Source: an uncultured delta proteobacterium (GTDB lineage: Bacteria > Desulfobacterota > Desulfobacteria > Desulfobacterales > QNYZ01). Taken from it: a DNA stretch of 64,000 nt. The position numbers and the translations under genes were made by a program. Positions 50,972 through 61,634 of the stretch are shown here, piece by piece; the first letter of the stretch is position 1, and every line of letters starts with the position of its first letter. Location: positions 320,001 to 384,000 of the forward strand of contig CAWJQU010000001.1 in the NCBI GenBank assembly GCA_963845145.1. The letters run 5' to 3'. The notes beneath the pieces were generated by a model. It had not been told where the DNA came from. It worked only from the letters and a program-made list of their open reading frames with translations, and did no database searches.

Positions 50972-51892
50972 ATGCCAATACATGAAACAATCGCCCATAC
51001 CATCGGCCACACACCGCTTGTCTCGCTAAATCGCATGGGTGCGCCTGAGAATGTCTCGCTTTTAGCCAAATTGGAGTTTTTCAACCCGGTGGGGAGTGTA
51101 AAGGACCGCATTGGGGCCGCCATGATTTCTGCCGGCGAAAAAGACGGGAAAATTGGCCCCAATACGTTGATCGTCGAACCCACCAGCGGCAATACCGGTA
51201 TCGCCCTGGCATTTATCTGCGCGGTCAAGGGTTACCGCATTTGCCTGACCATGCCGGAGACCATGAGCGTGGAACGCCGCAAACTTCTGTCTCATCTGGG
51301 TGCTGAACTGGTGTTGACACCTGGGCCTAAGGGAATGAAGGGAGCCATTGCCAAAGCCGAAGAGATAGTGGCTTCCGAAAAAAACAGTTTCATGCCCAAC
51401 CAATTCGCCAACCCGGCCAACCCTCAGATTCACCGGGAAACCACGGCCGAGGAGATTTGGCGCGATACAAACGGCAAAGCAGACATACTGGTTGCCGGTG
51501 TCGGCACCGGCGGTACGATCACCGGGGTCGCATCAGTGATCAAATCCCGCAATCCGGTTTTTAAGGCCATTGCCGTGGAGCCGGCAGCCTCACCGGTGCT
51601 CTCCGGTGGAGACCCCGGCCCCCATAAAATTCAGGGTATCGGGGCAGGGTTCGTGCCGGCGGTGCTCGATCGTTCTCTGGTGGATGAGGTTGTCGCGGTT
51701 GACAATGAGGCATCTTTTCAAACAGCGCGACAACTGGCAAAAAAAGAAGGGATCCTTTGTGGTATTTCGTCCGGCGCGGCGGTGAAAGCCGCCCTTGAAG
51801 TAGCACAGCGGCCGGACTCGGCCAATAAACAGATCGTGGTGATTCTACCCAGCACCGGCGAACGGTACTTGAGTACGGACCTCTTTAAATAG
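50972..51892 (+). CDS. cysK: Cysteine synthase A
   Basis: [30 protein letters not shown] and GERYLST motifs. Confidence 0.96.
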   Translation: MPIHETIAHTIGHTPLVSLNRMGAPENVSLLAKLEFFNPVGSVKDRIGAAMISAGEKDGKIGPNTLIVEPTSGNTGIALAFICAVKGYRICLTMPETMSVERRKLLSHLGAELVLTPGPKGMKGAIAKAEEIVASEKNSFMPNQFANPANPQIHRETTAEEIWRDTNGKADILVAGVGTGGTITGVASVIKSRNPVFKAIAVEPAASPVLSGGDPGPHKIQGIGAGFVPAVLDRSLVDEVVAVDNEASFQTARQLAKKEGILCGISSGAAVKAALEVAQRPDSANKQIVVILPSTGERYLSTDLFK

Positions 51893-52101
51893 TTCAAGTT
51901 AATAGTTCAAGGATCCAATGCGGCTAACGACCGGACAAATGTGCCCTCAAATATGCAGCTGATCCGGATTGAGACGCCTCGTCAACTATTGACACATCCC
52001 CGGCAACCTGCCATATTGCCGAATCAAGGGTTTTTAATTTTAAATCAATCACGCGGTAATCACCTTCTCCCCTTAACCCGGATTCCCGACCGAGATCGCC
52101 T

Positions 52102-53151
52102 ATGGACATGAAAAGGCATTACTACGAAGACATTCAACTTTTCAACTCCGGTGTGATTGTCTTCTGGTTTACTCTCCTCATGATTACCCTGGCCGTATTT
52201 CCGTTTCTTTTTAAAAACTACTACGTCTACATCGCCAACTATATCGCCATCAATATCATCGTGGTGATCGGGTTAAATATACTGGTAGGGTACACCGGTC
52301 TGATTTCACTGGGGCATGCCGGGTTTTTCGCTATCGGCGCCTACGGTACAATTGTTTTTATGACCCAATGGTCGTTTCCATTTCTGTTGGCATTGCCCCT
52401 GGCAGCCCTGGTCGCGGCCCTTTTCGGGTTTCTATTAGGACTTCCCGCACTGCGATTGGAAGGACCCTATCTGACCATCGCGACATTGGGTTTCGGGCTG
52501 ACCATCACCCAACTCATCGGTCGGATCGAGTTATTCGGGGGCCGACAAGGCCTTCATGCACCGGATCTGATGATTGGGTCCTGGCATCTCAAATCCGACA
52601 GGGATTTTTATTATCTTTTGATACCACTGACGGTGTTGCTGACCCTTGCAGCAAGAAACCTGACCAAAACAAAGGTTGGCAGGGCATTTATCGCCATTCG
52701 GGATGCGGATATCGCTGCCGAGACCATGGGCATCAATCTCGTATTGTACAAAACGCTCGCTTTTGCCATCAGTGCGTTTTATGCGGGCCTTGCCGGTGGT
52801 CTTTACGCATTCGTTCTACGCTTTATCGAGCCGGAGATATTCACGTTGCTGATGTCGATCATGTTTTTAGCCATGGTCGTCGTGGGGGGGTTGGGATCGA
52901 TCATGGGTTGCATTGTCGGTGCCTGCCTGCTGAGCTGGATGGATCTGCAGCTTCGTAACATTCTGAGTATACCTTATATCGGTGAATGGCTGGAAGCACT
53001 TTCAAAAAACTATTTTTCCATAACGGGTGTTTCTAACATCCAGTTTATTATATTCGGTGCGATCATGGTCCTGATCATGCTGTTCGAGCCGCTTGGGATT
53101 TACGGCCTGTGGATCCGCACTAAAATCTATTGGAAGACGTGGCCGTTTTAA
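52102..53151 (+). CDS. livM: Branched-chain amino acid (HAAT) family ABC permease
   Basis: GYTGLISLGHA, GRAFIAIRD..AA..MG and VGGLGS motifs. Confidence 0.9.
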   Translation: MDMKRHYYEDIQLFNSGVIVFWFTLLMITLAVFPFLFKNYYVYIANYIAINIIVVIGLNILVGYTGLISLGHAGFFAIGAYGTIVFMTQWSFPFLLALPLAALVAALFGFLLGLPALRLEGPYLTIATLGFGLTITQLIGRIELFGGRQGLHAPDLMIGSWHLKSDRDFYYLLIPLTVLLTLAARNLTKTKVGRAFIAIRDADIAAETMGINLVLYKTLAFAISAFYAGLAGGLYAFVLRFIEPEIFTLLMSIMFLAMVVVGGLGSIMGCIVGACLLSWMDLQLRNILSIPYIGEWLEALSKNYFSITGVSNIQFIIFGAIMVLIMLFEPLGIYGLWIRTKIYWKTWPF

Positions 53152-53244
53152 AAAAGTGTCAGGGTGAAGACTTGGGTTGGTAGAAAATATGGCTGGGTAG
53201 GAAATAAACGATAGAACTGCTTTGAAGTTTTGTGAGTAAACTTT

Positions 53245-54120
53245 ATGTTGGATTTTATCCAGATGGTGGTCAGTGGCATTGCCGTGGGCAGCTCCTATGC
53301 ATTGATGGGGATGGCCATGGTGATCATCTACAAAACAACGGAAGTTCCCAATTTCGCTCAGGGTGAAATGGCCCTGGTCACGACCTTTTTTACCTATTGG
53401 TTGCTGGAGAATTTCGGCCTGCCGCATTATGTCGCGTTCCCCGTGACGTTTATTTTTGCTTTACTTTTAGGGTCTCTTCTCGAATTTGCCGTACTCAGAC
53501 GGGCCAAAGAACCCAACGTACTAGGGCTTATCACCATTACCATTGGACTGGAAATGATCCTTTTGGGGTTGGTGTCCTGGAAATTCGGTGCCGATCCAAA
53601 AGCCATGCCGTTTCCCATTTCGCCCTATGACAGTGTCTCCTTTGGAGATGTTTTTATCAGTTCGCTTGAATTGCTCACTTTAGGCGTCGCCCTGTTTCTG
53701 ATGATCGTCCTTTTCCTGTTTTTCAGGTTTTCCAAGCTTGGCATGGCCATGAAAGCCACCCAGCAAAATGTTGTGGCCGCACGTCTCATGGGCATCCATA
53801 CCAACCGCATGCACATGATGACATGGGGGATTTCCTCACTGGTGGGATGTACGGCCGGCCTGCTCATTTCGCCGGTCACCATGCAGCCCTATATGATGTG
53901 GGACCCATTACTAAAGGGTTTTGCGGCCGCTGTTATGGGCGGGATGACTTCCCTGCCCGGAGCGGTTTTCGGCGCTTACATACTGGGCATCATCGAGAAC
54001 CTGTTCGGGGGGTATGTTTCCATAGAGTTTAAATCGGTCGTCGCTTTTTCAATTATTGTTATGGTTCTTTGCGTTAAACCAAGTGGACTTTTCGCAAGGC
54101 ATTACGTCAAAAAGGTGTGA
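53245..54120 (+). CDS. livH: HAAT family ABC permease
   Basis: G..YAL, NFAQGE, G.AMKA......A.LMGI and GGM.S..GA motifs. Confidence 0.9.
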   Translation: MLDFIQMVVSGIAVGSSYALMGMAMVIIYKTTEVPNFAQGEMALVTTFFTYWLLENFGLPHYVAFPVTFIFALLLGSLLEFAVLRRAKEPNVLGLITITIGLEMILLGLVSWKFGADPKAMPFPISPYDSVSFGDVFISSLELLTLGVALFLMIVLFLFFRFSKLGMAMKATQQNVVAARLMGIHTNRMHMMTWGISSLVGCTAGLLISPVTMQPYMMWDPLLKGFAAAVMGGMTSLPGAVFGAYILGIIENLFGGYVSIEFKSVVAFSIIVMVLCVKPSGLFARHYVKKV

Positions 54121-54160
54121 CTTGAAGCCTGCATCATACCTAACAGAAAGGAGGTTGTGT

Positions 54161-55351
54161 ATGCAAAAGAGACAATGGTGGGCGGTATTGGCGGCAGTGG
54201 CAATGGTTCTGGGATTTACACTCGGCGCGGGGGCGGAAGAAGGGATTACCGATACGGAAATTCACATTGGCCAGTGGGGACCGCAAACCGGGCCGGCGGC
54301 GCCCTGGGGTTCCGTAGCACGCGGATCGGATGCCTATTTCAAGATGATCAACGACGCCGGAGGAATTCACGGCCGCAAGATTGTTTACCATATGTTTGAT
54401 GACGGCTACAACCCCGCCAAAACAATGGCAGGCGTGAAAGAGCTACAGGAAGGTGTGGGTATATTCGCATGGGCTTCGGGTGTGGGCACCGCACCGGGTA
54501 TGGCGGTCAGGGAATATCTCATGGAGAAAAAGATCCCCTGGGTAGGGGCAGCGTCTGGCTCACATCACTGGGTCATGCCGCCTGAAAAATACCAGTTTGC
54601 GACCTATCCGCTCTATTACAATGAGGCGATGGCGCTAACCCGGTACGCGGTAAAAACCCTGGGCAGTAAAAAAATTGCCATGGCCTACCAGAATGACGGA
54701 TATGGGAAAAACGGCGTTGAAGGCGCGGAAAACGAGTTGAAAAAACACGGGTTAGAACTGGTTGCCAAAGTTCCCGTGGAGCTTAAAGATACCGACATGA
54801 AATCCCATGTCATGAAAATGAAACAGGCCGGCGCAGACACGGTCCTTTTGTGGGTTAGTCCCACCCACGGAATCACCATAATGGGAACTTCCAAAGCCAT
54901 GAAATTCGAGCCCCAGTGGATGAGCGTCAGCACATTGTCCGACTTTCCACTGCTGTACAAAATCAGCAAGGGGTTGTGGGAGGGTGTCATCACAGGGTCA
55001 TTTGCCGAGCTTCCCGATTCCAAAAATCCGTTGATGATAAAGTATAAAGAGGCTTTTGATAAATATGCCGCCAAAGAGGAAAGATGGGGGATATTTTACT
55101 ACGCAGGCTTTGGCTTTATCGAGACAATGGTGGAGGCCTTGGAGCGAAGCGGCCGTGACTTGACCAGAGAGCGATTTGTTAAAGAGATGGAAGGAATTAA
55201 GGATTTCAAAGGTATTATGGGTACGCTCAATTTTAAACCATTTGACCCGAATGACCCCGCCAGTCGGCTCGGAACCAACGAGATTTTTCTGATCAAGTGC
55301 CTGGCGGACGGTAAATATGAAAAGCTGACGGATTGGATGACGGTAGAATAA
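54161..55351 (+). CDS. HAAT family ABC substrate-binding protein
   Basis: AAGGAGG RBS, ATG 54161; signal peptide; GITD.EI.IG, N..GGI.GRKI and DDGY.P motifs. Confidence 0.9.
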   Translation: MQKRQWWAVLAAVAMVLGFTLGAGAEEGITDTEIHIGQWGPQTGPAAPWGSVARGSDAYFKMINDAGGIHGRKIVYHMFDDGYNPAKTMAGVKELQEGVGIFAWASGVGTAPGMAVREYLMEKKIPWVGAASGSHHWVMPPEKYQFATYPLYYNEAMALTRYAVKTLGSKKIAMAYQNDGYGKNGVEGAENELKKHGLELVAKVPVELKDTDMKSHVMKMKQAGADTVLLWVSPTHGITIMGTSKAMKFEPQWMSVSTLSDFPLLYKISKGLWEGVITGSFAELPDSKNPLMIKYKEAFDKYAAKEERWGIFYYAGFGFIETMVEALERSGRDLTRERFVKEMEGIKDFKGIMGTLNFKPFDPNDPASRLGTNEIFLIKCLADGKYEKLTDWMTVE

Positions 55352-55378
55352 CCCATACCTATAATAATTAAATTTGCA

Positions 55379-55401
55379 GCCCCGCTCTTTAAGAGCGGGG
55401 C
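55379..55401. repeat. Palindromic hairpin downstream of the binding-protein gene
   Basis: GCCCCGCTCTT-T-AAGAGCGGGGC; located where an mRNA-stabilising stem would be expected. Confidence 0.6.
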
Positions 55402-55423
55402 CCTTCATGTGAAAAGATCGCTA

Positions 55424-56209
55424 ATGGCCTTTTTTAAAGTTGAAAACCTTTGCATTTCCTTTGGCGGCTTAAAAGCGCTGGATGACATCGGCTTTCAGAT
55501 TCAACAGGGGGAAATATTCGCTATCATCGGTCCCAATGGTGCCGGCAAAACCACCCTGTTCAACTGTATCAATGGCATCTATCGCCCTAATAGCGGTCAA
55601 ATCTGGTTCAAGGGTAAAAATATCCGCGGCCGAAAACCGGATCGCATTGCACGGCTGGGAATTGCACGGACATTTCAGAACATCGAGTTGTTCGATAATA
55701 TGAATGCCATGGAAAATATTCTCCTGGGGCGTCATCTGTTTATGAAAACCGGACTTTTCCATGGCGCATTTATGTGGGGTCGGCGTTCTTTTGCCGGAAA
55801 AGAGGAAAGGCATCATCGGGAAAAAGTGGAAGAGATCATTGACCTTTTAGATCTACAGGCCGTTAGAAATAAGCGTGTGGGTGCGCTCCCTTACGGCACA
55901 CAGAAGCGGATAGAGTTGGGCCGGGCGTTGGCGCTGGAACCTAAGCTGCTTCTTTTGGATGAACCCTGCGCCGGCATGAATGCCGAGGAGAAGCAGGACC
56001 TCATTTTCTGGTTAAAAGATATTCAGGATGAGCTGGGTGTAACCACCTTGTTGATAGAGCATGACATGTCCATGGTGATGGACATTTCCGACCGCATTCT
56101 AGTCATTAATTTTGGTAAACCCATTACCCAAGGCACACCGATCGAAGTCCAGAATCACCCTGAGGTTTTAAAAGCCTACCTGGGAGAAGAGATCGAAGAA
56201 ACGGCTTGA
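55424..56209 (+). CDS. livG: HAAT ABC ATP-binding subunit
   Basis: FGGL.A, GPNGAGKTT, ARTFQN, LLDEP.AG, IEHDM and V..AYLG motifs. Confidence 0.92.
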   Translation: MAFFKVENLCISFGGLKALDDIGFQIQQGEIFAIIGPNGAGKTTLFNCINGIYRPNSGQIWFKGKNIRGRKPDRIARLGIARTFQNIELFDNMNAMENILLGRHLFMKTGLFHGAFMWGRRSFAGKEERHHREKVEEIIDLLDLQAVRNKRVGALPYGTQKRIELGRALALEPKLLLLDEPCAGMNAEEKQDLIFWLKDIQDELGVTTLLIEHDMSMVMDISDRILVINFGKPITQGTPIEVQNHPEVLKAYLGEEIEETA

Positions 56210-56251
56210 ACCGGGTGTATTATCCTTCTCATGAGCCAAATGGTTGAATAA

Positions 56252-57028
56252 GTGAAACCGCTTCTCGAAATTAAAAATATTGAAACCTATTATGGCCTAA
56301 TTTACGCCATTCGGGGTGTCTCGCTAATCGTACCCAAGGGCTCCATTACGGCCATTCTAGGCAATAATGGTGCAGGTAAATCCACAATTTTAAAAACAAT
56401 CATGGGCCTGATAGACGACCAGCCGGACAAGGGAACCATCGACTTTAAGGGAAAACGCATCGATGGCAATGATACCGAGAAAATTGTCCGTGCCGGTATT
56501 TCCTACGTGCCTGAAGGGCGTGAAGTATTTGAAGAGCTGACAGTCAAGGAAAACCTTGCCATGGGCGCTTATATTAGAAGCGATAAAAGCGCCATTGAAA
56601 AAGATCGACAACAGGTTTACGCCTACTTTCCGGTACTAAAAGAGCGGGAAGGTCAGTGGGCCGGAACACTTTCTGGAGGCGAACAACAGATGTTGGCCAT
56701 TGGCCGCGCACTGATGAGTCGCCCGCAGTTATTGCTTCTGGATGAGCCATCCCTGGGGTTATCTCCCCTACTCGTAAAAGAGATTTTCAAGATCATTCAA
56801 ACCATCAAAGCCCAAGGGGTGACCATTTTATTGGTAGAACAAAATGCACGCATGGCATTGACGGTATCCGACACGGGGCTGATCCTTGAAAATGGCCGCT
56901 TTGTCATGAAAGGTAAATCCAAAGAACTAATGGAGGACAAAGACGTCAAGGAGTTTTACATGGGTATCCGCTCCGAAGCATCCGCCAAAGGCTATCAACG
57001 CTGGAAAAGGAAAAAGGCATGGCGGTGA
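56252..57028 (+). CDS. livF: HAAT ABC ATP-binding subunit
   Basis: GNNGAGKST, VPEGR, LSGGEQQM, DEPSLGLSP and VEQN motifs. Confidence 0.92.
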   Translation: MKPLLEIKNIETYYGLIYAIRGVSLIVPKGSITAILGNNGAGKSTILKTIMGLIDDQPDKGTIDFKGKRIDGNDTEKIVRAGISYVPEGREVFEELTVKENLAMGAYIRSDKSAIEKDRQQVYAYFPVLKEREGQWAGTLSGGEQQMLAIGRALMSRPQLLLLDEPSLGLSPLLVKEIFKIIQTIKAQGVTILLVEQNARMALTVSDTGLILENGRFVMKGKSKELMEDKDVKEFYMGIRSEASAKGYQRWKRKKAWR

Positions 57029-57067
57029 AACCGTCTGCCTGTTAGCCGGTTAGGGCGTGGCGGACAA

Positions 57068-58930
57068 ATGGGAAAACAGGCAATCGGGCGAACGGGTAAA
57101 CGGGCGAACGAACTTATGGCATCATCGAATAACAAATATCTGGAAACCGTCCCTCAAGCTTTTAAAAGAGCTGTGGCTACCCATGGTGACCGCGTGGCCA
57201 TGCGGCATAAAGAGCTGGGATTGTGGCATGACATCTCATGGATGCATTACTATCACCGCGTCCGGCAGGTGAGTGCGGCCCTGATTTCCATGGGTTTGAA
57301 AAAAGGTGAATGCGTTTCCATTATCGGGGACAACTGCCCGGAGTGGATCTTTGCCAGTATGGGTGTCCAATGTATAGGCGGTGTCGCCACCGGCATCTAC
57401 GTCACCAACGCCTGGCCCCAGGTGGAATATGTGGTTAAAAATTCCGATTCGGTTTTTTTATTCGTTGAAAATGAAGAACAGCTCGATAAATGGCTGAGGT
57501 TTCGCGAAAAAGTACCCGCTCTGAAAAAGGTGATCGTTTGGGATACGGAAGGTTTGCGCAATTTCAAAGATCCGATGGTAATGACGTTTAAAGAACTCAT
57601 TGAAATCGGTCAGAAAGTGGATGAAAACCAACCGGAACTTTTCGATACGTACTCGATAGAAATCCTCGGCGATGATATCGCGGTTCTCATCTACACCTCC
57701 GGCACGACCGGCCAACCCAAAGGCGCCATGCTCACCCACGATAATTGTGCCTGGATGGGTAAAGCCATCACGTCAAACAACCCCATGTATGACACGGATG
57801 AAGTCATGTCTTTTCTTCCGCTGTGTCATATCTTCGAACAACTATTTTCAATCCTTGGCCATATTACCGTGGGTTACACGGTCAATTTTGTGGAAGGTCT
57901 CGATACCGTTACCGACAATATGAAAGAGATCTCACCCACCGTCGGCCATGCCGTTCCGCGAATATGGGAAAAGTATTACTCGGCCGTGCGTATCCGAATG
58001 TCCGACGCCACCTGGTTCAAACGATTGGTGTTCAACCTGGCTTACAAAATCGGCAAGAAGCGAGCCGCTTTTACCATGAATTCCCGAACGGTTCCGGAAT
58101 ATTGGCAGCTATTGTTTTCTCTGGCCCATCTATTGGTCTTGCGCAAACTCAAAGAGCGATTGGGTTTCGACCGCATTCGCGTAGCCTATTCGGGTGCCGC
58201 GCCCATTGCACCGGATGTGTTGCGTTTTTTTCAATCCATCGGGGTAAACCTGATTGAAGGCTATGGCCAAACCGAGGGCACAGGTGTCACCTGCTTGTCG
58301 CCTGTGGGCCGGGTCAAATTCGGAACGGTCGGGCCTGCCCTGAAAGGAGCGGAAATAAAGATTGCCCAGGACGGCGAAATCCTCGTTAAATCGCCCGGCG
58401 TCTTTAAAGGATATTTTAAGAACCCTGATGCAACTAAAGAAACCATTATAAACGGTTGGCTTCATACAGGAGATGTCGGCAAGATCGACGATGAAGGATA
58501 TTTGCAAATCACCGACCGCAAAAAGGATATCATTGTCACCGCCGGCGGCAAGAACATCACGCCCCAATATATCGAAAATAAACTAAAGGCCAGCATCTAT
58601 ATCAATGACGCCATTGTAATCGGGGATCGTCGCAAGTACTTATCAGCGCTTATCATGATCGATGAAGATAACGTCATCAAATATGCCCAGGATAACAAGG
58701 TCCAGTTCTCCACTTATAAGGATTTAACCCGGGAACCCCGGATCATCAAACTAATCCAAGATCAGGTGAATCAAGTCAACGAAACCCTGGCACGGGTGGA
58801 AAATATTCGCAAATTCACCATCCTCCCCAAAAAACTCTACGAAGAAGACGGCGAGGTGACCCCCACCATGAAAGTTAAACGCCAGATTGTGAACAAAGCT
58901 TTTTCCGATTTAATAGAAGCAATGTACTAA
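57068..58930 (+). CDS. Long-chain fatty acyl-CoA synthetase (AMP-binding)
   Basis: YTSGTTGQPKG, LPLCH, EGYGQTE, GWLHTGD and DRKKDIIVTAGGKNI motifs; alternative start at 57116. Confidence 0.92.
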   Translation: MGKQAIGRTGKRANELMASSNNKYLETVPQAFKRAVATHGDRVAMRHKELGLWHDISWMHYYHRVRQVSAALISMGLKKGECVSIIGDNCPEWIFASMGVQCIGGVATGIYVTNAWPQVEYVVKNSDSVFLFVENEEQLDKWLRFREKVPALKKVIVWDTEGLRNFKDPMVMTFKELIEIGQKVDENQPELFDTYSIEILGDDIAVLIYTSGTTGQPKGAMLTHDNCAWMGKAITSNNPMYDTDEVMSFLPLCHIFEQLFSILGHITVGYTVNFVEGLDTVTDNMKEISPTVGHAVPRIWEKYYSAVRIRMSDATWFKRLVFNLAYKIGKKRAAFTMNSRTVPEYWQLLFSLAHLLVLRKLKERLGFDRIRVAYSGAAPIAPDVLRFFQSIGVNLIEGYGQTEGTGVTCLSPVGRVKFGTVGPALKGAEIKIAQDGEILVKSPGVFKGYFKNPDATKETIINGWLHTGDVGKIDDEGYLQITDRKKDIIVTAGGKNITPQYIENKLKASIYINDAIVIGDRRKYLSALIMIDEDNVIKYAQDNKVQFSTYKDLTREPRIIKLIQDQVNQVNETLARVENIRKFTILPKKLYEEDGEVTPTMKVKRQIVNKAFSDLIEAMY

Positions 58931-59031
58931 GGCTCTCGCTAGTTTTATCTCCGGCCTGAAAAACTTCTCTGGTATTTCTCAATACTGACACAGTGATACA
59001 GTCCAAAAAATAACTCCCCACGATTTTTTTG

Positions 59032-60714
59032 TTACTCGAGCAACCAGGACTCGTGGTTGTAGATGCTTAACAGGACCGGATGGAGAATGGTGTTTACCTG
59101 TCGGTTCTTGGTTTTCAAAGCGTCTTTGCCGAAGACAAGTTCACTTCTGAAAACCTGGGGCGTAATGAATTTTGTCATAACGTCGATATTCAGATGACTT
59201 ATCCTTTCCATTATTTTTTCTTTTTTGACATTGGGGTGCCATGCCAGGTACCACCCCCAATCCCCGAAACTGGGTACATTCTCATGAAATGCCAGGATTT
59301 CCAAGGAAGCGCTTTCAAGGGTTCTTCCGATACAAAGAAAACTTTCCTTTGCAAGATAGGGAGATGTCGCCTGGACCACCATCAACCCATGTTGTGATAG
59401 ATGCTGCTTTACTTTTTTATAAAATTCTTTGGCATAAAGCTTGGTCAGCTCAGGCGTGGATGGATCCGGCATATCAATAATGATGACGTCCCAGAAACCC
59501 TGTATTTCACTTAAAAACTTATCCGCATCAACATTCATCACTTTTACATCAGCAATTTTTTTTGCATCTACTTTTATAATCGAATGGCTTTTTTTGTTAG
59601 TTTCAAGATATAGCCTTTTTTTGATTCCTGAAGTGACCCCTTTACCTGTCAGGGTAACAAGACGGGCATCTTTAAATGCATCCTGGTTAATCCGCTTCAA
59701 AACAGGATGCGTTTCGGCAAGCGTTGTCATTTCTGGATCAAGGTCCACGAGTAGCACTTCTTTTACTTCGTTATATTTTAAAACCTCTCTTAAGACGCAG
59801 CCATCTCCACCACCAAGAATGAGTACCTTTGTTTTGACTGGAACAAGATTCATAACAGGGTGTACCATGGGTTCATGGTAGCGTTGTTCATCTGTACTGC
59901 AAAATTGAAGGTTCCCGTTTAAAAAAAGCCTGACTTCGTCAAAGGGTTTGTAATGGGTAAGGACGATATGCTGATACTGAGTGGTTTTGCTTAAAATAAT
60001 GGGGTCATCGTACAGAGGTTGCTCAATTTTAATATTCCATTGGCGGTTATTGAAATATCCATACGATACAGCACTAAAAGTGATGAGCATGATGGCAGGG
60101 ATCAAAAAACCTTTTTTTAACAGACCTTTTTTTGTAAAATAGACAAAGGTGATAAAGGCCAGGGAAAAATTGACCCCGGCGGTCAAAAAGGCTGCCTCTG
60201 TGATGGGCGTAAATCTTAAGAGGATAAATACATAGATGAAGGACCCGATCAGACTGCCAATATAATCAGCGCTGAGAATGTTCCCAAGGTTGGTGGATAA
60301 TTCTTTGCTGAAATCATTGTTGATTCTTATTATCACAGGGATTTCAAGTCCAATCATGATCCCGATGAAACTGACGAAAAAATAAAGGACTAGGCTGTAA
60401 TGAGCGGTATAACCATAGGATATATACGTCAGGGTAGGGGAAAAGCCTCCTACCAGCGCTAAACCGGTTTCAATACCGATAAATGTGTAAATGAGATTTT
60501 TTTTTGAGACCTGTGCCTGGATTAAGCTGCCAAACCCCATCCAGAAGAGCATGAGGCCGATGACCATCGCCCATTGTTCAAAGGAATTGCCGAGTATCAT
60601 GGAGGCGAGGCTTGCCTGGATATATTCAAGGATAATACCGCAAGCACCGCTTGCAAACATGCAGCCGCAAAGCAGTGCGGATGCAAAACCAAGCTTAGGT
60701 TTTTTTTTAATCAT
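59032..60714 (-). CDS. speE: Polyamine aminopropyltransferase (spermidine synthase) with an N-terminal multi-TM domain
   Basis: About 7 TM segments, then T.YQ.I, L.LNG.LQF...DE..YHE, LILGGGDG, VDLDP and D.PDP motifs. Confidence 0.9.
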   Translation of the reverse strand: MIKKKPKLGFASALLCGCMFASGACGIILEYIQASLASMILGNSFEQWAMVIGLMLFWMGFGSLIQAQVSKKNLIYTFIGIETGLALVGGFSPTLTYISYGYTAHYSLVLYFFVSFIGIMIGLEIPVIIRINNDFSKELSTNLGNILSADYIGSLIGSFIYVFILLRFTPITEAAFLTAGVNFSLAFITFVYFTKKGLLKKGFLIPAIMLITFSAVSYGYFNNRQWNIKIEQPLYDDPIILSKTTQYQHIVLTHYKPFDEVRLFLNGNLQFCSTDEQRYHEPMVHPVMNLVPVKTKVLILGGGDGCVLREVLKYNEVKEVLLVDLDPEMTTLAETHPVLKRINQDAFKDARLVTLTGKGVTSGIKKRLYLETNKKSHSIIKVDAKKIADVKVMNVDADKFLSEIQGFWDVIIIDMPDPSTPELTKLYAKEFYKKVKQHLSQHGLMVVQATSPYLAKESFLCIGRTLESASLEILAFHENVPSFGDWGWYLAWHPNVKKEKIMERISHLNIDVMTKFITPQVFRSELVFGKDALKTKNRQVNTILHPVLLSIYNHESWLLE

Positions 60715-60722
60715 CTTTCTTT

Positions 60723-61613
60723 TTACATGGAGAAGGCTATGATAATCGCAACCGCATTAATAGCGCTCTCTACAACAATTAAGGCCGCCACATTCCGATC
60801 TTCTTTGACCTCCGTGGCAATATCGGTCGTGGGCAACAGCAGTTTGTCAACCACTACTCTGAAGATCAACAGTAAAACAATGCCATACACTGTATAAATG
60901 CCAAAACTTGCAAGATCCTGGGCCCACCCTGTGAACGGTCCTGAAATACTTGATTTGAGAATAATGCCCAAGGCGATAAGGATGCCGCCAAGTCCGACGC
61001 CGGCGGCGAGGTTATTGTTTTTAATCTCGTTTCTCACATTAAAAGGGGTAATCAGCTCATAAAGGTATCCGAAAAGCAACAAGGCCATTTGACCCATGAT
61101 AAAAAAAAGAATCGCACTGGCAATGCCCTGGATGAATGTTCCCCCGGTTCCTGAAATGCTGCCGTTAAGAATAAATCCCGTGGCAATATACATACCTGCT
61201 TCAACCATACCCACCGCCGAATTTCCAACAGATTTACTTCCATCCTGATGGATAATTGTTTTGACACACTCTTCATCGTTACTGATATTTCCCAGCATGA
61301 TAAAATCATTGACAAACCTGGATGAAAACATAAATCCCGTGATGATAAAGCCATCAATCAGCAATTGGACCAGATCGAGATAAAAACCTTTTGAAGATTC
61401 GCCCAGAGCACCTGATAATGCAATGGCAATCCCAAGATAGAGCCCTGCCCTTCTGAGGCCGACAGCAACATTCCCGTCATCAATATGAACATCATCATCA
61501 AACGATTTGGTCCGCCAGTCATCTACTTTTTTCACCAGCCATATAAAAAAAATACCCACAATGACATATATGAATCCTTGGCCAAGCCCTGTGAAAGTTC
61601 CAGCTATATTCAT
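60723..61613 (-). CDS. DUF350-type membrane protein (internally repeated)
   Basis: Recurrent (I/V)...N.A(V/A) motifs ahead of TM helices: GNVAVG, GNSAVG, NNLAAG and RNVAAL. Confidence 0.82.
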   Translation of the reverse strand: MNIAGTFTGLGQGFIYVIVGIFFIWLVKKVDDWRTKSFDDDVHIDDGNVAVGLRRAGLYLGIAIALSGALGESSKGFYLDLVQLLIDGFIITGFMFSSRFVNDFIMLGNISNDEECVKTIIHQDGSKSVGNSAVGMVEAGMYIATGFILNGSISGTGGTFIQGIASAILFFIMGQMALLLFGYLYELITPFNVRNEIKNNNLAAGVGLGGILIALGIILKSSISGPFTGWAQDLASFGIYTVYGIVLLLIFRVVVDKLLLPTTDIATEVKEDRNVAALIVVESAINAVAIIIAFSM

Positions 61614-61634
61614 TCTTTTCTCCTTAGAATTACT

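Noticed and set aside
57060..57112. Degenerate 8-bp tandem repeats (AACGGGCG-like)
   Set aside because: Short low-complexity intergenic repeats with no spacers; not CRISPR.
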